From Nemertoderma westbladi (taxonomy: Eukaryota; Animalia; Xenacoelomorpha), in the NCBI GenBank assembly GCA_032718475.1, contig JAUCBJ010005321.1, positions 50,686-114,685 on the forward strand: a stretch of 64,000 nucleotides of DNA. Direction: 5' to 3'. Every line of letters begins with the position of its first letter. The first letter of the stretch is position 1. Under the pieces are notes generated by a model. It had not been told where the DNA came from, made no database searches, and saw only the letters and a list, made by a program, of their open reading frames with translations. Position numbers and translations under genes: made by a program. This document shows, one piece after another, positions 54,420-64,000 of the stretch.

Positions 54420-55706
54420 GCCACCTAAACAACGTTACTTAGATGACCTTGCAGCCTTGAGTACGGTAGTAACAATACTACATACAGTAAACCAATAAAC
54501 AAGTATCTGACTGTCTGACTGTGTATTCCCAAACGTTCCTGCCCTCTTTATTCCCACACCTACATCTGCTCGTTCTACTGTCTGACTGTCAGAACGCGTT
54601 TAGAAGTTCGCTTTCCTCCATCGGACGAATTGGAAGAGTTTGAGAAGAAAGATTATGTTGCTTTGGATGATCGTTTTTCTGAAATTAGAGGCAATTGTAC
54701 ATGCAGTTAAGCTCACGGACAGAAGTAAATCCGACGACGTAACCACGATATCTAACTCCAAAGATATTGCTTATCTCTACCCCGGTCGCTTTGGATTTGT
54801 TAACCGGCAGATTCAATTGTTAAATAGTTCAAAAGCTGATAGGATAAAGAAGGTAGGACCCTAGGTTAACCTTTTTGGAGGATTTAGCTAAGGTAGCCAT
54901 GTTTAAGAAGACGTCAAACAATAAACTACGTTGTAAGAATTTAACAACTGATACAGCTTTGGGATTACAAAATTACTGCTTAGGAGTTGTTGAGCTCACC
55001 AGATTTATCTTAAATACTTGTGGTATTGCTCAACACTCTTATGTTTTGCTTGGCAAATTCCAAAGCGATTTAATCGAAGAACTCGTTGGTTATTTTCGAC
55101 AAGCAGCTGGTGGTAACTATTATTTGTCCTGTAAACAATTATATTAGAGACTGCAAGAATAGATCAGGCAAAACTTAGTTTTTTAATTGATGGATATCAT
55201 GGATTTACTAAATCAGATGGGCAACATGTTTGCAATTTATGTACTACACGTCTTAGCGACATGGAACTGCTACTGATGGATGATATCCCTGACAGTGTTG
55301 AAGCATTTAGCCAAGATGTGGAACAGGTTGTTGTCTGCATTGCTGGATATGTTGCCAAGAAAGTTCCACAATTTGCTCTAGAACCCGATGTTGTTAGTAA
55401 CTACAATACGGACTTTATTAGTTTCCTGAACAGACAGACAGAAGAAAGTTACAATATCCTTCAGATCACCCAATCAATTTGATTGTGTATTGTTACATTT
55501 TGATTCAAAGCGTGGACTTATCAAAAATGTGTCGCGTGAGACTAAGGAAAGCCATTGAATGTCTTTCGGAATCATATGGCTTTGGAGCCATCCCAACGAA
55601 AGCGAGCAACATAATTGTAAATATATTTTTAAACAATTATTGTGAACAGCAAAATACAACGTTGGATGCCGAAAGCACAAAGAAAAAGATGAAATTTATG
55701 TTCTGA
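54420..55706 (+). pseudogene. Decayed P-element/THAP9-like transposase
   Basis: YVLLGKFQSDLIEELVGYFRQAAGGNYYLSCKQ (ORF 54875-55147) matches the P-element transposase catalytic-Glu region. CIAGYVAKK follows, as in P/THAP9 C-termini, with a possible THAP remnant (VFPNVP) near 54525. Several stops and frameshifts; the 5' boundary is approximate. Confidence 0.78.
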
Positions 55707-55924
55707 AACCTACCCAACTCAAAACTTAAATGTATTATTTTTGCATTATTAATTTAAATATTATATGTCAGTTTCCACAATTAGCTTAATTTAATATATG
55801 AAAATATTTTATCCGTGCGTATGGTCACCAGCAGTTTTCGTGTCTTGTCTAGGATCCGAAAACCGACACTTTATAATTTTGAAACATATTCTGTTACGGT
55901 ATATGGCGCTGTACCTACATTATG

Positions 55925-56028
55925 TAATATATTAGTCCGTTATACTGTACATACATTAGTCCATTATACAGTATAATATATTAGTCCATTATATAGTATC
56001 ATATATTAGTCCGTGATGCAGTATAATT
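55925..56028. repeat. ~25-bp minisatellite, 4 copies
   Basis: ATTAGTCC(A/G)T at ~55931, 55955, 55980 and 56005. Confidence 0.8.
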
Positions 56029-56288
56029 ATTTAGATAAGGCATAACGCGCAATGATATTTAGATAAGGAAGTTGAAACGCCCATATATTTTGAACTCATC
56101 CATTTTGTATAGTATGTAGCCCTACCTATGTAATTTTGTAATAGGATATAAGTAGATAGTTCCAGGGTAGCAAGTCCTTGTTGGACCCTGGATATGGGCT
56201 TGCCGTTATTAGCCTTGATGAGGCTAGCTACTGGTTTTAATTTCTCTATAATTGCGCTAAATTTATTATTAATGATATTATTAGTACC

Positions 56289-57433
56289 TGTAAAAGCTTT
56301 TGCGTGATTAACCGGTTATTTTCCCTTAAAGTACTCTGTAGTTGGTTTACCAGGCATAAAAAGGCCGTGTCCTTACTGTACTGGTGTTTTAGAGGACATA
56401 AAAGTCATTTCTTCTGTATTTGTACTTTAGAGGACATAATCCGCAATCTCGTGACGCGATAAGCTAGATACTCTTGAAAACAGTGTCGCTACCATGACGA
56501 CGGCTAACAGCTGATATTGCACGTCGACATTTCTTTGTTTCTTTGTTCTCTCGTTGTTCAGTTGACCAATCAGAGCGTTTTTTGACTCTGTGTTGGAGTT
56601 GGGTACAGAAACTCAGTAGTTCAGTGTTATGTTTTTGCCCAGAGCCTAAGAACACCGGCTTTTGGCACCTCCGTATATCAGCATTCTTTAGCTTTACATT
56701 AGTAGGCTTAATTATAGAACGTATATCTGTTATCTACTCACTTATTCACTCACTATCCATAAATTACTAATATTACTGCTTTTACTGTCGGTTGTTCATT
56801 ATATTTGTTGATGAAATATTATATCGGAATACTGATCAATAGTCCGACATCCCAATCTTCTTGATATACTAAAGGTTAGAGAGACCGGTTACAGATAAAC
56901 GATTGCGACATATGTTAAGTGGTTTGAAGTGAATCTAATGCTATTTCATATGCCCGACATAAATTGTATGTTGCTCTCTTTATACGTGACCAAATTTAGT
57001 GAAGGTCGGCAGATTAGTGTGCAGTATTGTGCAGCATTGTGTATGAGTGTAACTGATAACAAAGCATCTCCTAAAGAATGCGCCATATACGTAAATCTAT
57101 AGCCTTTTCGTTGTGTCTAGTTTAAGTCATAACTCTGTTTACATATTTAGAGCGCCACGTCCTAAAGGAACTGTTAATATTTCCCGAAAGTGAATAATAT
57201 TTGTCAGAGATTATATATTACGATCAGTCGAATAATACGGTAGGCTTACACCATCAATCATTAAGCTCCGAACTCAGTCTCCCGGGTATATCCAACGGGT
57301 GAATGATTGCGCATAGACTGGCTTCGGCTAATGTAGTGTATCAAATACTCGTCATAAGCTAAAGAATATATATCATCCAAAAGACATCCTAATTTGGCAG
57401 GTTAAACTGTCAAAGGTCTTAAAAGCGCAAACA
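56289..57433 (+). repeat. 5' LTR of element B (1145 bp)
   Basis: TGTAAAAGCTTTT...AAAAGCGCAAACA, an inverted homologue of 52603-53755. Confidence 0.93.
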
Positions 57434-57714
57434 ATAACAGATATTGCTTCTGGATTGCGGTGTAAGCAATCTAGTCGAAAGTACCGGTTGACCGGAAACC
57501 TGTAGGCCTGACTGCCTGATCATCCGAACCGGTACTTACAGTACAGGTACAGCAGTATTATTCGATTTTGATAATTATATACCGGTAGGTCTTAATAATT
57601 AATCGGGGACGCCTGGTTTTTATTGGGATTTTACTTAGGCCTATTTCTGTCAGTTTTATTTATTTGTAAGCCAGTATTGAGCAGAAGGCGTGTAAGCCTG
57701 CTCAGATTGTACAG

Positions 57715-58250
57715 ATAATTTGTAGGCTTGACTGTTGGCTAACTGTTGATTAGGTCTGAACGGATTGCAGTGCATGTAGAGTGTATGTCCGATAAAGAAC
57801 GGTTAGGAAGTAGGGGCAGCCATAGCTGTAAGGTAAACCCCCATCTAAAGAATAAGTTGTACTACTGGGTTAGAACGCATACTACTTAACCATTTCGGAG
57901 TCTGCATGTCCTGTGGTTTATTTAGGCTTGATAGTAGTCTGCCATCGTTTGGTCTGTACTTTGTTTGTGTAGTCTGTACGGGTAGCGTATAATTTTATTT
58001 AGATAATTTATAGGCTGGATAGTTGTCTGGCTGTTGTTGGGTTTGAGGAAATTTCGGTGTGTGTAGAGCATCTGTCCGATAAAGAACGGTTAGGAAGTAG
58101 GGGCAGCCATAGCTGTAAGGTAAATCCCCATCTAAAGAATAAGTCGTACTACTGGGTTAGAACGCATACTACTTAATCATTTCGGAGTCTGCATATACCG
58201 TAGTTTGTTTAGGCTTGATAGTAGTCTGTCAGTATTTGGTCTGCATTTTG
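57715..58250 (+). repeat. ~287-bp tandem duplication in the 5' leader of element B
   Basis: TCCGATAAAGAACGGTTAGGAAGTAGGGGCAGCCATAGCTG... at 57788 and 58075. Confidence 0.9.
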
Positions 58251-59619
58251 TTTGAATGGTTTGTACGCGTAGCGTAATATTTATTATTCAGAGTTTATGC
58301 TATTATTCGCAACATTCATATCCCCAAGTTTATTCCTACAGTAATTGTGTTTGTTATACATACCGTTATAGTTAAACTAACCCCGGTACTACATCAGGGC
58401 TGCTCGGCGTAGGTAAAGACTGGTGATTTTGTGCACCGGTCACTCCAGCAGATGCCGTGGTTCTTTTAGCTGTTCAAGTATTTTTAACTACTAATTATTT
58501 GTTATACAAGTACTTGTACCTAATTTAGGGTTTAGTGTACAGTACTTTCCGAAGGTGATTAGTGTGTAGGCAGTATATTTGTGTTGTAAAGTGGTTAATA
58601 GGCACGTTGGTTCTGGTAGACCGCGGTAATTAATCTCTAGGTAGGAACACTCCGTGATACATAACGTAGTACCTATAGCGATACGGTTATAGGTCGTCAG
58701 GCGGTGGTATTTTCCTATCTGGACAACGCAGTATATTTACTACTACTTATTATTTTCAAATACCGTAGTAACCTGTCCGTTGTAATAACCAGATATTCTA
58801 ACCCTTTGTTAGGCTGGTTAGTAGACTTCTTGTAAAATTACCCTAAAAATTTGTATTTGTGTATTTGTAATTAAATTTTTGTGTTTATTTAGAGATTGTA
58901 ATCTCAACCCGAATTGTACGTAATTTGTAGTATTAAGTAACTTAGGTAAATTAGAATTATTTGTTTTAGTGTCTAACAAGTAGCACTCCACTGAGAGCGC
59001 ACAGCTTATGTGTAGTGACTCCCCCAGAAATAATAACATTTATTTCAAACATTGACAAAACCCATTAAACGGGTATATATATATTATAAATCAACTCAAA
59101 CGATTTATAAATAGTAGGCCTGCCATATAACAATTAGGTCTTAATATCAGTTGGACTACTGCTTAAATAACGGCAATAAAGTAAGTTAAAGTAACCAAGT
59201 AACCCTTAAAATTCAGAAATTCAATTATTTAAAATAATTGATATACCGGTATTTACAATAGGCTTATTATCTTTATTTTCATAAACTTAGGCTGAAGTCA
59301 TACCGGTATTCTGTAATTAATTCTAGTTAATAATTATACTTATATATACTATAAGTGTAAACTGCATACCGGTATCCACGATAGGCCTATTATATATTTA
59401 TATATTTGTGCTAAAATTATATACCGGTATTTTGTGAAAAACCTAGTCTGTAATAATACTTATATATACCATAAGCATACCGGTATTCTAATATTATATA
59501 TATCACGCTACACTGAGTAGCAGTATCGGTAATTAATTACTAGGCTAGCAGTTAATACTGAATTACTAGACTTGCTTGGACTGTAATATAGCAGTAGGCA
59601 TTCAACTGTGCAAACAAAC

Positions 59620-62600
59620 ATGTCTGATACTAAGCAGAACATGTCAGACAGTTTATTAGATGTAACTATCTGCGACTCAGATAAGGGTGTAGAACCGTCT
59701 ACACCTAAGTTCAGTTCACCTCCCACTGTGAGGAAGGTCATCCCTCCAGTAGTAATAACAGAACCGAGGCTGGTCCAACATCGTAGGTCTATCATAGGCA
59801 CTCGAGCTCAGGTCAAGCGGGACCAAGAAGCAGCGGAACAGCAACAACCCGCGAGCCAAGAACTTATTTCTCAGCGGTCCGACAGCTCCAGTAGTGAGGA
59901 TACTGTAGAGCTGACACCCGAGCGCGGAGCAAGGATGACGGATGCGGTTTATTCGGATCCCCTTCTCATCCTTCCTGCAGCCGTACTCACTAGGTTATTG
60001 ATTGCGGTGGAAGAACACCAGATCGATTGGGCGAGAAGTAAGCGATCAACTAAAGATAGTTATGAGGGATACACAAGGGAAGAACTGAAGTCTATGGTCG
60101 AGTCGCAATGGAACTTCCCCGGACCCGGACTCCCGTTTGATTTATCAGAAGCTACCTGGGAAGACATACACCGGATGGGAGTAGCCAAGGAGACCACCGA
60201 TCCAGCTGTGTGGAAGAGGTCCGCAGCCGGATACGCACAGGGATTCTTCAGCTCTATGGAGCGAGTAGAAAAACAACTGTTTCAACAACCCCAAGGACCT
60301 CAAGAGCAGGGACAACTGCTTTATCAAGTTAGAGAAAGAATTCTACGAATCAGGCTAATCTTATCAGCCTTTGAGGAGGCTTCTAAAAGAAGACAAGACA
60401 CGTCGTTGCAAGTTGCTGTAAAGACTTGGTTTCAAAAGGTGAGTCTCCAGGTTCAAGGAACGGCTCAGTGGAAAGCCCAACTAGATGAGCGCTCAACCCA
60501 TGGAGAATCAACAGACGCTACATTTTCCCAAGTGGAGAGTGAAGCGACAGCAGAGAAGCCGCATAAGAGGGATGCTATTGATATCTATCTGTCGGACTAT
60601 CAACGTTTTGTAGGTGATGAAGAGCTGAGGAGAAGGCTAGAGGGACTTAGCCCTAATAGTGAAGGAACCCAGCGTGTGTTGGACGCCATCGATGTGGATA
60701 GGAGAGCTGCGAACCAAGCTAAATTTGATGAAAACATCCGCCTCACTAAGGTTCAAGAAGAACAAGTAAAGAAAAAACGTATAGAAGACAGAAAGATAGC
60801 AGCAGCGGCAGCAGCAGTGGCAGAAGCAGAAAGAAAGGCAGCAGTGGCAGAGGCCGAAAGAAAAGCGGCCTTGGCAGCTACAGTGGCAGAGGCAGAAAGA
60901 AAGGCGGCCTTGGCAGCTACAGTGGCAGAGGCAGAAAGAAAAGCGGCCTTGGCAGCTACAGTGGAAGAAGCAGAAAGAAAAGCGGCTATGGCAGCTGCAG
61001 TGGCAGAAGCAGAACGAAAGGCGTCTGAGGAGACTGCCCAACTAGAGTTGGAAAATCTTCAAGAGAGGCAAGACAACTTTAATAAACAGTTAACAGCAAG
61101 TAATATGCAGATGATGAATCGATCTACTCCCAAGAGGCAAGGTTATACATCATCTGAGGAAGGCGATACCACAGATCATGAAGGCGGAGGAAATCGATCT
61201 CGCCTAAGCAGACGTAAAAGAATGTCCCACCGTCAGAAATTGCCTGATTTGCCCCCAGCTGTTCGAAGGCAACTAAATAACACAAACTTAGGTAGTACAG
61301 AACCCACAGACCAAATAATTAAAATAGAAAGACTCCCTACTATAGTAGATGAGCCTGAAATAATTAGGCCTGTTCTTGAAATCACCCCTTCGGTGATAGA
61401 GACACCTGTACTCCCAGAACCTACCTTTAAATTCCCTTTACACAGCACCAAATTATCTGTGCCTAGAGGAACAGCCCTTGAAACAGTGTCGGTCCTGGAC
61501 TCCGAGCGAAATATAAAGGATATATCGCCCGTAGTCCCTCGTCTGCCCGCTACGACGTTGGCGGATCCCGCTTCGGCGGTTGATTGGGTGGACGAGAGAC
61601 GGCGGGGGATGGACATTCTCCTCGGAAAGATGGAGGAGAATCGAGTGCGCTCCTCCCAACAGGTCCGAGAGTTAGAAGGGACTGTTCAACAGTTAAAGGG
61701 AACCGTAAAGGAAAGTAGGTTAGAGTTGCAAGAAGTGCAGCAAAATATCGCGCTAGAACGTGATAAATTAGTGAATTTACAAAAGGGTATACCACCACCC
61801 CCTGTAACAATGTGTCAACCTGTTAGGTCTGAAGTATCTCATGCGCAAGGTGTGGAGCCTACACGCATCTATACTGCTAGCGAAGTAGAAACTCCTATAG
61901 TGAACCCTATTAAGAGTAATTATAGACCTGTTGATAATGATATTCCCTATAGACCGGATCATAATCCGAGAAATTTATATACCGATAACTCGATATTAAA
62001 TAACACGATGGCCCAAGAAAGTTTTACGCGTCAAATGGCTAGAACCGAAGCCCGGCAAGCGGTAAAGGTGGGAGAGATCGTCAAGTTCAATGGAGATGAG
62101 ATGAAATGGTTACCTTTTAATGAATATTACAAAGATAACATACAGAACTCTGTACTATCTAATGGAGAGAAACTTAGGTTCCTCATCGAGTGCTTGGAAG
62201 GATCTCCCAAGTTAATGGCGTTAAAGTTTATTGGACATCCAGACGGATTAAGACAAGTTTGGGATACACTAAACATCAGGTATGGTAATAGGAATAACAT
62301 AGCTGGGTATTTGTATGCAAAGTTAGTAGCGCCCCGAAAGTTTATTAGCAGCGGGATTATAGAGTTTTCCGATGAGATTCAGGAGATCTGCAGACAATTA
62401 GATTGGCTAGGTAAGTCTCATGAGTATCAGAGTGCTATGGTTATTAGAGCAGTGGCTTCTACTTTACCGAAGGGTGGAGTAGGTACACGCTGGGATAAGA
62501 AAGTGTTATATATGATGGAACAACAACGACGAGACCCTACCATGGCTGATCTCATGTCATTCCTAGATGGAGAAGTGAAATTACAGCTCCTGAAACTGTC

Positions 62601-64000
62601 CAGAGAGAAGACACCGGAAAACAAGGTAAGTGAAAAACCCGTCTCTAGGAGAAAGGTAACACCAGTGTGTTATACAGATGACGGCGAAAGCCAGACTTCT
62701 CAAGGAGAAGATAGCGGGAAAGACACTGACAGATCTTATTACGTAAATAAAATGCCTAAAGATCAGGTAAGTAAATTCAAGTCTCGAACCAATGACAGGA
62801 GAGAGCAGGTAAGAAAAACTCCTCCTACGTCTCCCAAGAGAATTCAGGTGAGAAAGCCCGAAGAAAAAACAAGTGTACACAATGTTACTCAGAGTAAGGT
62901 GAGTAACATCAAACCGAAATGTGCGCTATGTGATGGGACCCATCGCTTAAATATGTGTGATGAATTTCTAAAGAAATCATTAACTGAGAGACGTGAAGTC
63001 ATGTGGGATAAGCGGTTGTGTTATAATTGCCTCAGACAAGGACACCAACGGCGAACCTGTTACTCTGACACAAGATGTGCCAAGTGCGGTGCGAAACATC
63101 ATGTCTTGTTGCACACTGAATTCGAGCGAAATAGTCCGAGTCAGGTAAGTGATTCCGAATTACATGTCCAATTCAGTGATGTGAACGACACTGATCAATC
63201 TGAGATGGAAGGATTCTATACGGACGAGTTCTCCGACGAAAACGAATCCTGTTACACGATAAATACCACAGTGTATCGAGCACTCACGTATGAAAGAGAT
63301 ACGGACAGCGACCTTACCCTAACTACTTCTGATCAACAACCATTTTGGAAAGCGCCAACTTCCAATGTAGGGATTAGAGAATTTCCTGTGGTACAGGTAA
63401 GGGTCCACGGACCAAAAAGGAGTTATGTAGTGAACGCCCTCCTTGACTCCGGTAGTACAGGAACATTCATCGACAAAGAGCTAGCCGAAGACATATTCGC
63501 TGGACAACCCAAGTTCCGAACTAAGCTAAACATGTCAGGAATTATGCAAGTTTGGAAATCCACAGTAACAGCGGATTATTATGTAGGTGCGTTGTCCACC
63601 CCCCAGGACGAACTAGGAGAACATAGCATAAGGTCAGTGAAAATGGTGGCTATAAAGAACTTCGCTACTACTCAAGCAGACCTTTATAATTGGGACGAGG
63701 ATGAGAGCATCCAACATCTTAAGATACCTCGATTCCAGACTGATTATCCTGGAGTGCAAATACTCATCGGCCAAAACGCGCATGAGGCGCTCGAGACATT
63801 GGAGAAACGGCCTGCTCAACCGCAGCCACTACAAACCTATGCGGTAAGAACTAGAGTAGGTTGGTACTTTACTGGCCCTTCCCGTAGAACTCTCATGGAA
63901 AGATTACCGAAAGACCAGGTATATCAAGTGCGAGAATGGGAAGTTGAGAACAGTGAGTTCGACGATCCAACTGAGGGAACTCCATACTCCTCAGACAACG
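59620..64000 (+). CDS. gag: Bel/Pao Gag-protease polyprotein of element B, 3'-partial (absent from the ORF track, apparently because it has no stop in the window)
   Basis: ATG at 59620 (MSDTKQNMSDSLLD). The same frame gives EATAEKPHKRD at 60541, Cys/His motifs at ~62920-63115, ALLDSGS at ~63436 and DDPTEGTPYSSDN at the window end. Confidence 0.92.
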   Translation, partial: MSDTKQNMSDSLLDVTICDSDKGVEPSTPKFSSPPTVRKVIPPVVITEPRLVQHRRSIIGTRAQVKRDQEAAEQQQPASQELISQRSDSSSSEDTVELTPERGARMTDAVYSDPLLILPAAVLTRLLIAVEEHQIDWARSKRSTKDSYEGYTREELKSMVESQWNFPGPGLPFDLSEATWEDIHRMGVAKETTDPAVWKRSAAGYAQGFFSSMERVEKQLFQQPQGPQEQGQLLYQVRERILRIRLILSAFEEASKRRQDTSLQVAVKTWFQKVSLQVQGTAQWKAQLDERSTHGESTDATFSQVESEATAEKPHKRDAIDIYLSDYQRFVGDEELRRRLEGLSPNSEGTQRVLDAIDVDRRAANQAKFDENIRLTKVQEEQVKKKRIEDRKIAAAAAAVAEAERKAAVAEAERKAALAATVAEAERKAALAATVAEAERKAALAATVEEAERKAAMAAAVAEAERKASEETAQLELENLQERQDNFNKQLTASNMQMMNRSTPKRQGYTSSEEGDTTDHEGGGNRSRLSRRKRMSHRQKLPDLPPAVRRQLNNTNLGSTEPTDQIIKIERLPTIVDEPEIIRPVLEITPSVIETPVLPEPTFKFPLHSTKLSVPRGTALETVSVLDSERNIKDISPVVPRLPATTLADPASAVDWVDERRRGMDILLGKMEENRVRSSQQVRELEGTVQQLKGTVKESRLELQEVQQNIALERDKLVNLQKGIPPPPVTMCQPVRSEVSHAQGVEPTRIYTASEVETPIVNPIKSNYRPVDNDIPYRPDHNPRNLYTDNSILNNTMAQESFTRQMARTEARQAVKVGEIVKFNGDEMKWLPFNEYYKDNIQNSVLSNGEKLRFLIECLEGSPKLMALKFIGHPDGLRQVWDTLNIRYGNRNNIAGYLYAKLVAPRKFISSGIIEFSDEIQEICRQLDWLGKSHEYQSAMVIRAVASTLPKGGVGTRWDKKVLYMMEQQRRDPTMADLMSFLDGEVKLQLLKLSREKTPENKVSEKPVSRRKVTPVCYTDDGESQTSQGEDSGKDTDRSYYVNKMPKDQVSKFKSRTNDRREQVRKTPPTSPKRIQVRKPEEKTSVHNVTQSKVSNIKPKCALCDGTHRLNMCDEFLKKSLTERREVMWDKRLCYNCLRQGHQRRTCYSDTRCAKCGAKHHVLLHTEFERNSPSQVSDSELHVQFSDVNDTDQSEMEGFYTDEFSDENESCYTINTTVYRALTYERDTDSDLTLTTSDQQPFWKAPTSNVGIREFPVVQVRVHGPKRSYVVNALLDSGSTGTFIDKELAEDIFAGQPKFRTKLNMSGIMQVWKSTVTADYYVGALSTPQDELGEHSIRSVKMVAIKNFATTQADLYNWDEDESIQHLKIPRFQTDYPGVQILIGQNAHEALETLEKRPAQPQPLQTYAVRTRVGWYFTGPSRRTLMERLPKDQVYQVREWEVENSEFDDPTEGTPYSSDN

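Larger units (their letters stand above)
56289..64000 (+). mobile_element. Bel/Pao LTR retrotransposon, element B (5' part, continues beyond the window)
   Basis: LTR, 2.2-kb leader and Gag-protease ORF are collinear with the reverse complement of element A. The predicted TSD is GTACC (56284-56288). Confidence 0.95.

Noticed and set aside
56161-56226. HDV-like or hammerhead ribozyme
   Set aside because: The topology is superficially HDV-like but lacks the L3 CC/GG P1.1 pairing, P4 and the catalytic C. TTGATGAG has no matching GAAA core.
57434-57450. PBS complementary to U2 snRNA or a tRNA 3' end
   Set aside because: There is no TGG. The short AACAGATA resemblance to antisense U2 is not shared by element A, whereas LTR self-complementarity holds in both.

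Overview
Eukaryotic, AT-rich, gene-free repeat DNA, probably from an invertebrate metazoan (inference). No host gene, rRNA, tRNA or CRISPR array is supported. Left part: the end of a Bel/Pao-type LTR (1-855), decayed LINE fragments, a SINE-linked 63-bp minisatellite, and a 33-kb array of ~733 near-identical 45-bp monomers (7126-40108), whose giant ORFs are an artefact of the repeat. Right part: two related Bel/Pao LTR retrotransposons head-to-head around a decayed P-element/THAP9-like transposase. Element A (42039-53755, minus strand, TAGCG target-site duplication) encodes Gag plus protease only, with RT, most of RNase H and the integrase core missing. Element B (56289 to the window end, plus strand) has an ORF open from 59620. 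Best novel candidate: neither element has a tRNA-type primer-binding site (PBS). Instead, the 11-12 nt right after the 5' LTR are perfectly complementary to a motif ~700 nt upstream inside the same LTR, and three substitutions between A and B are all compensated. This suggests tRNA-independent, Tf1-like self-priming or RNA circularisation in a Bel/Pao lineage. All alignments were done by eye.
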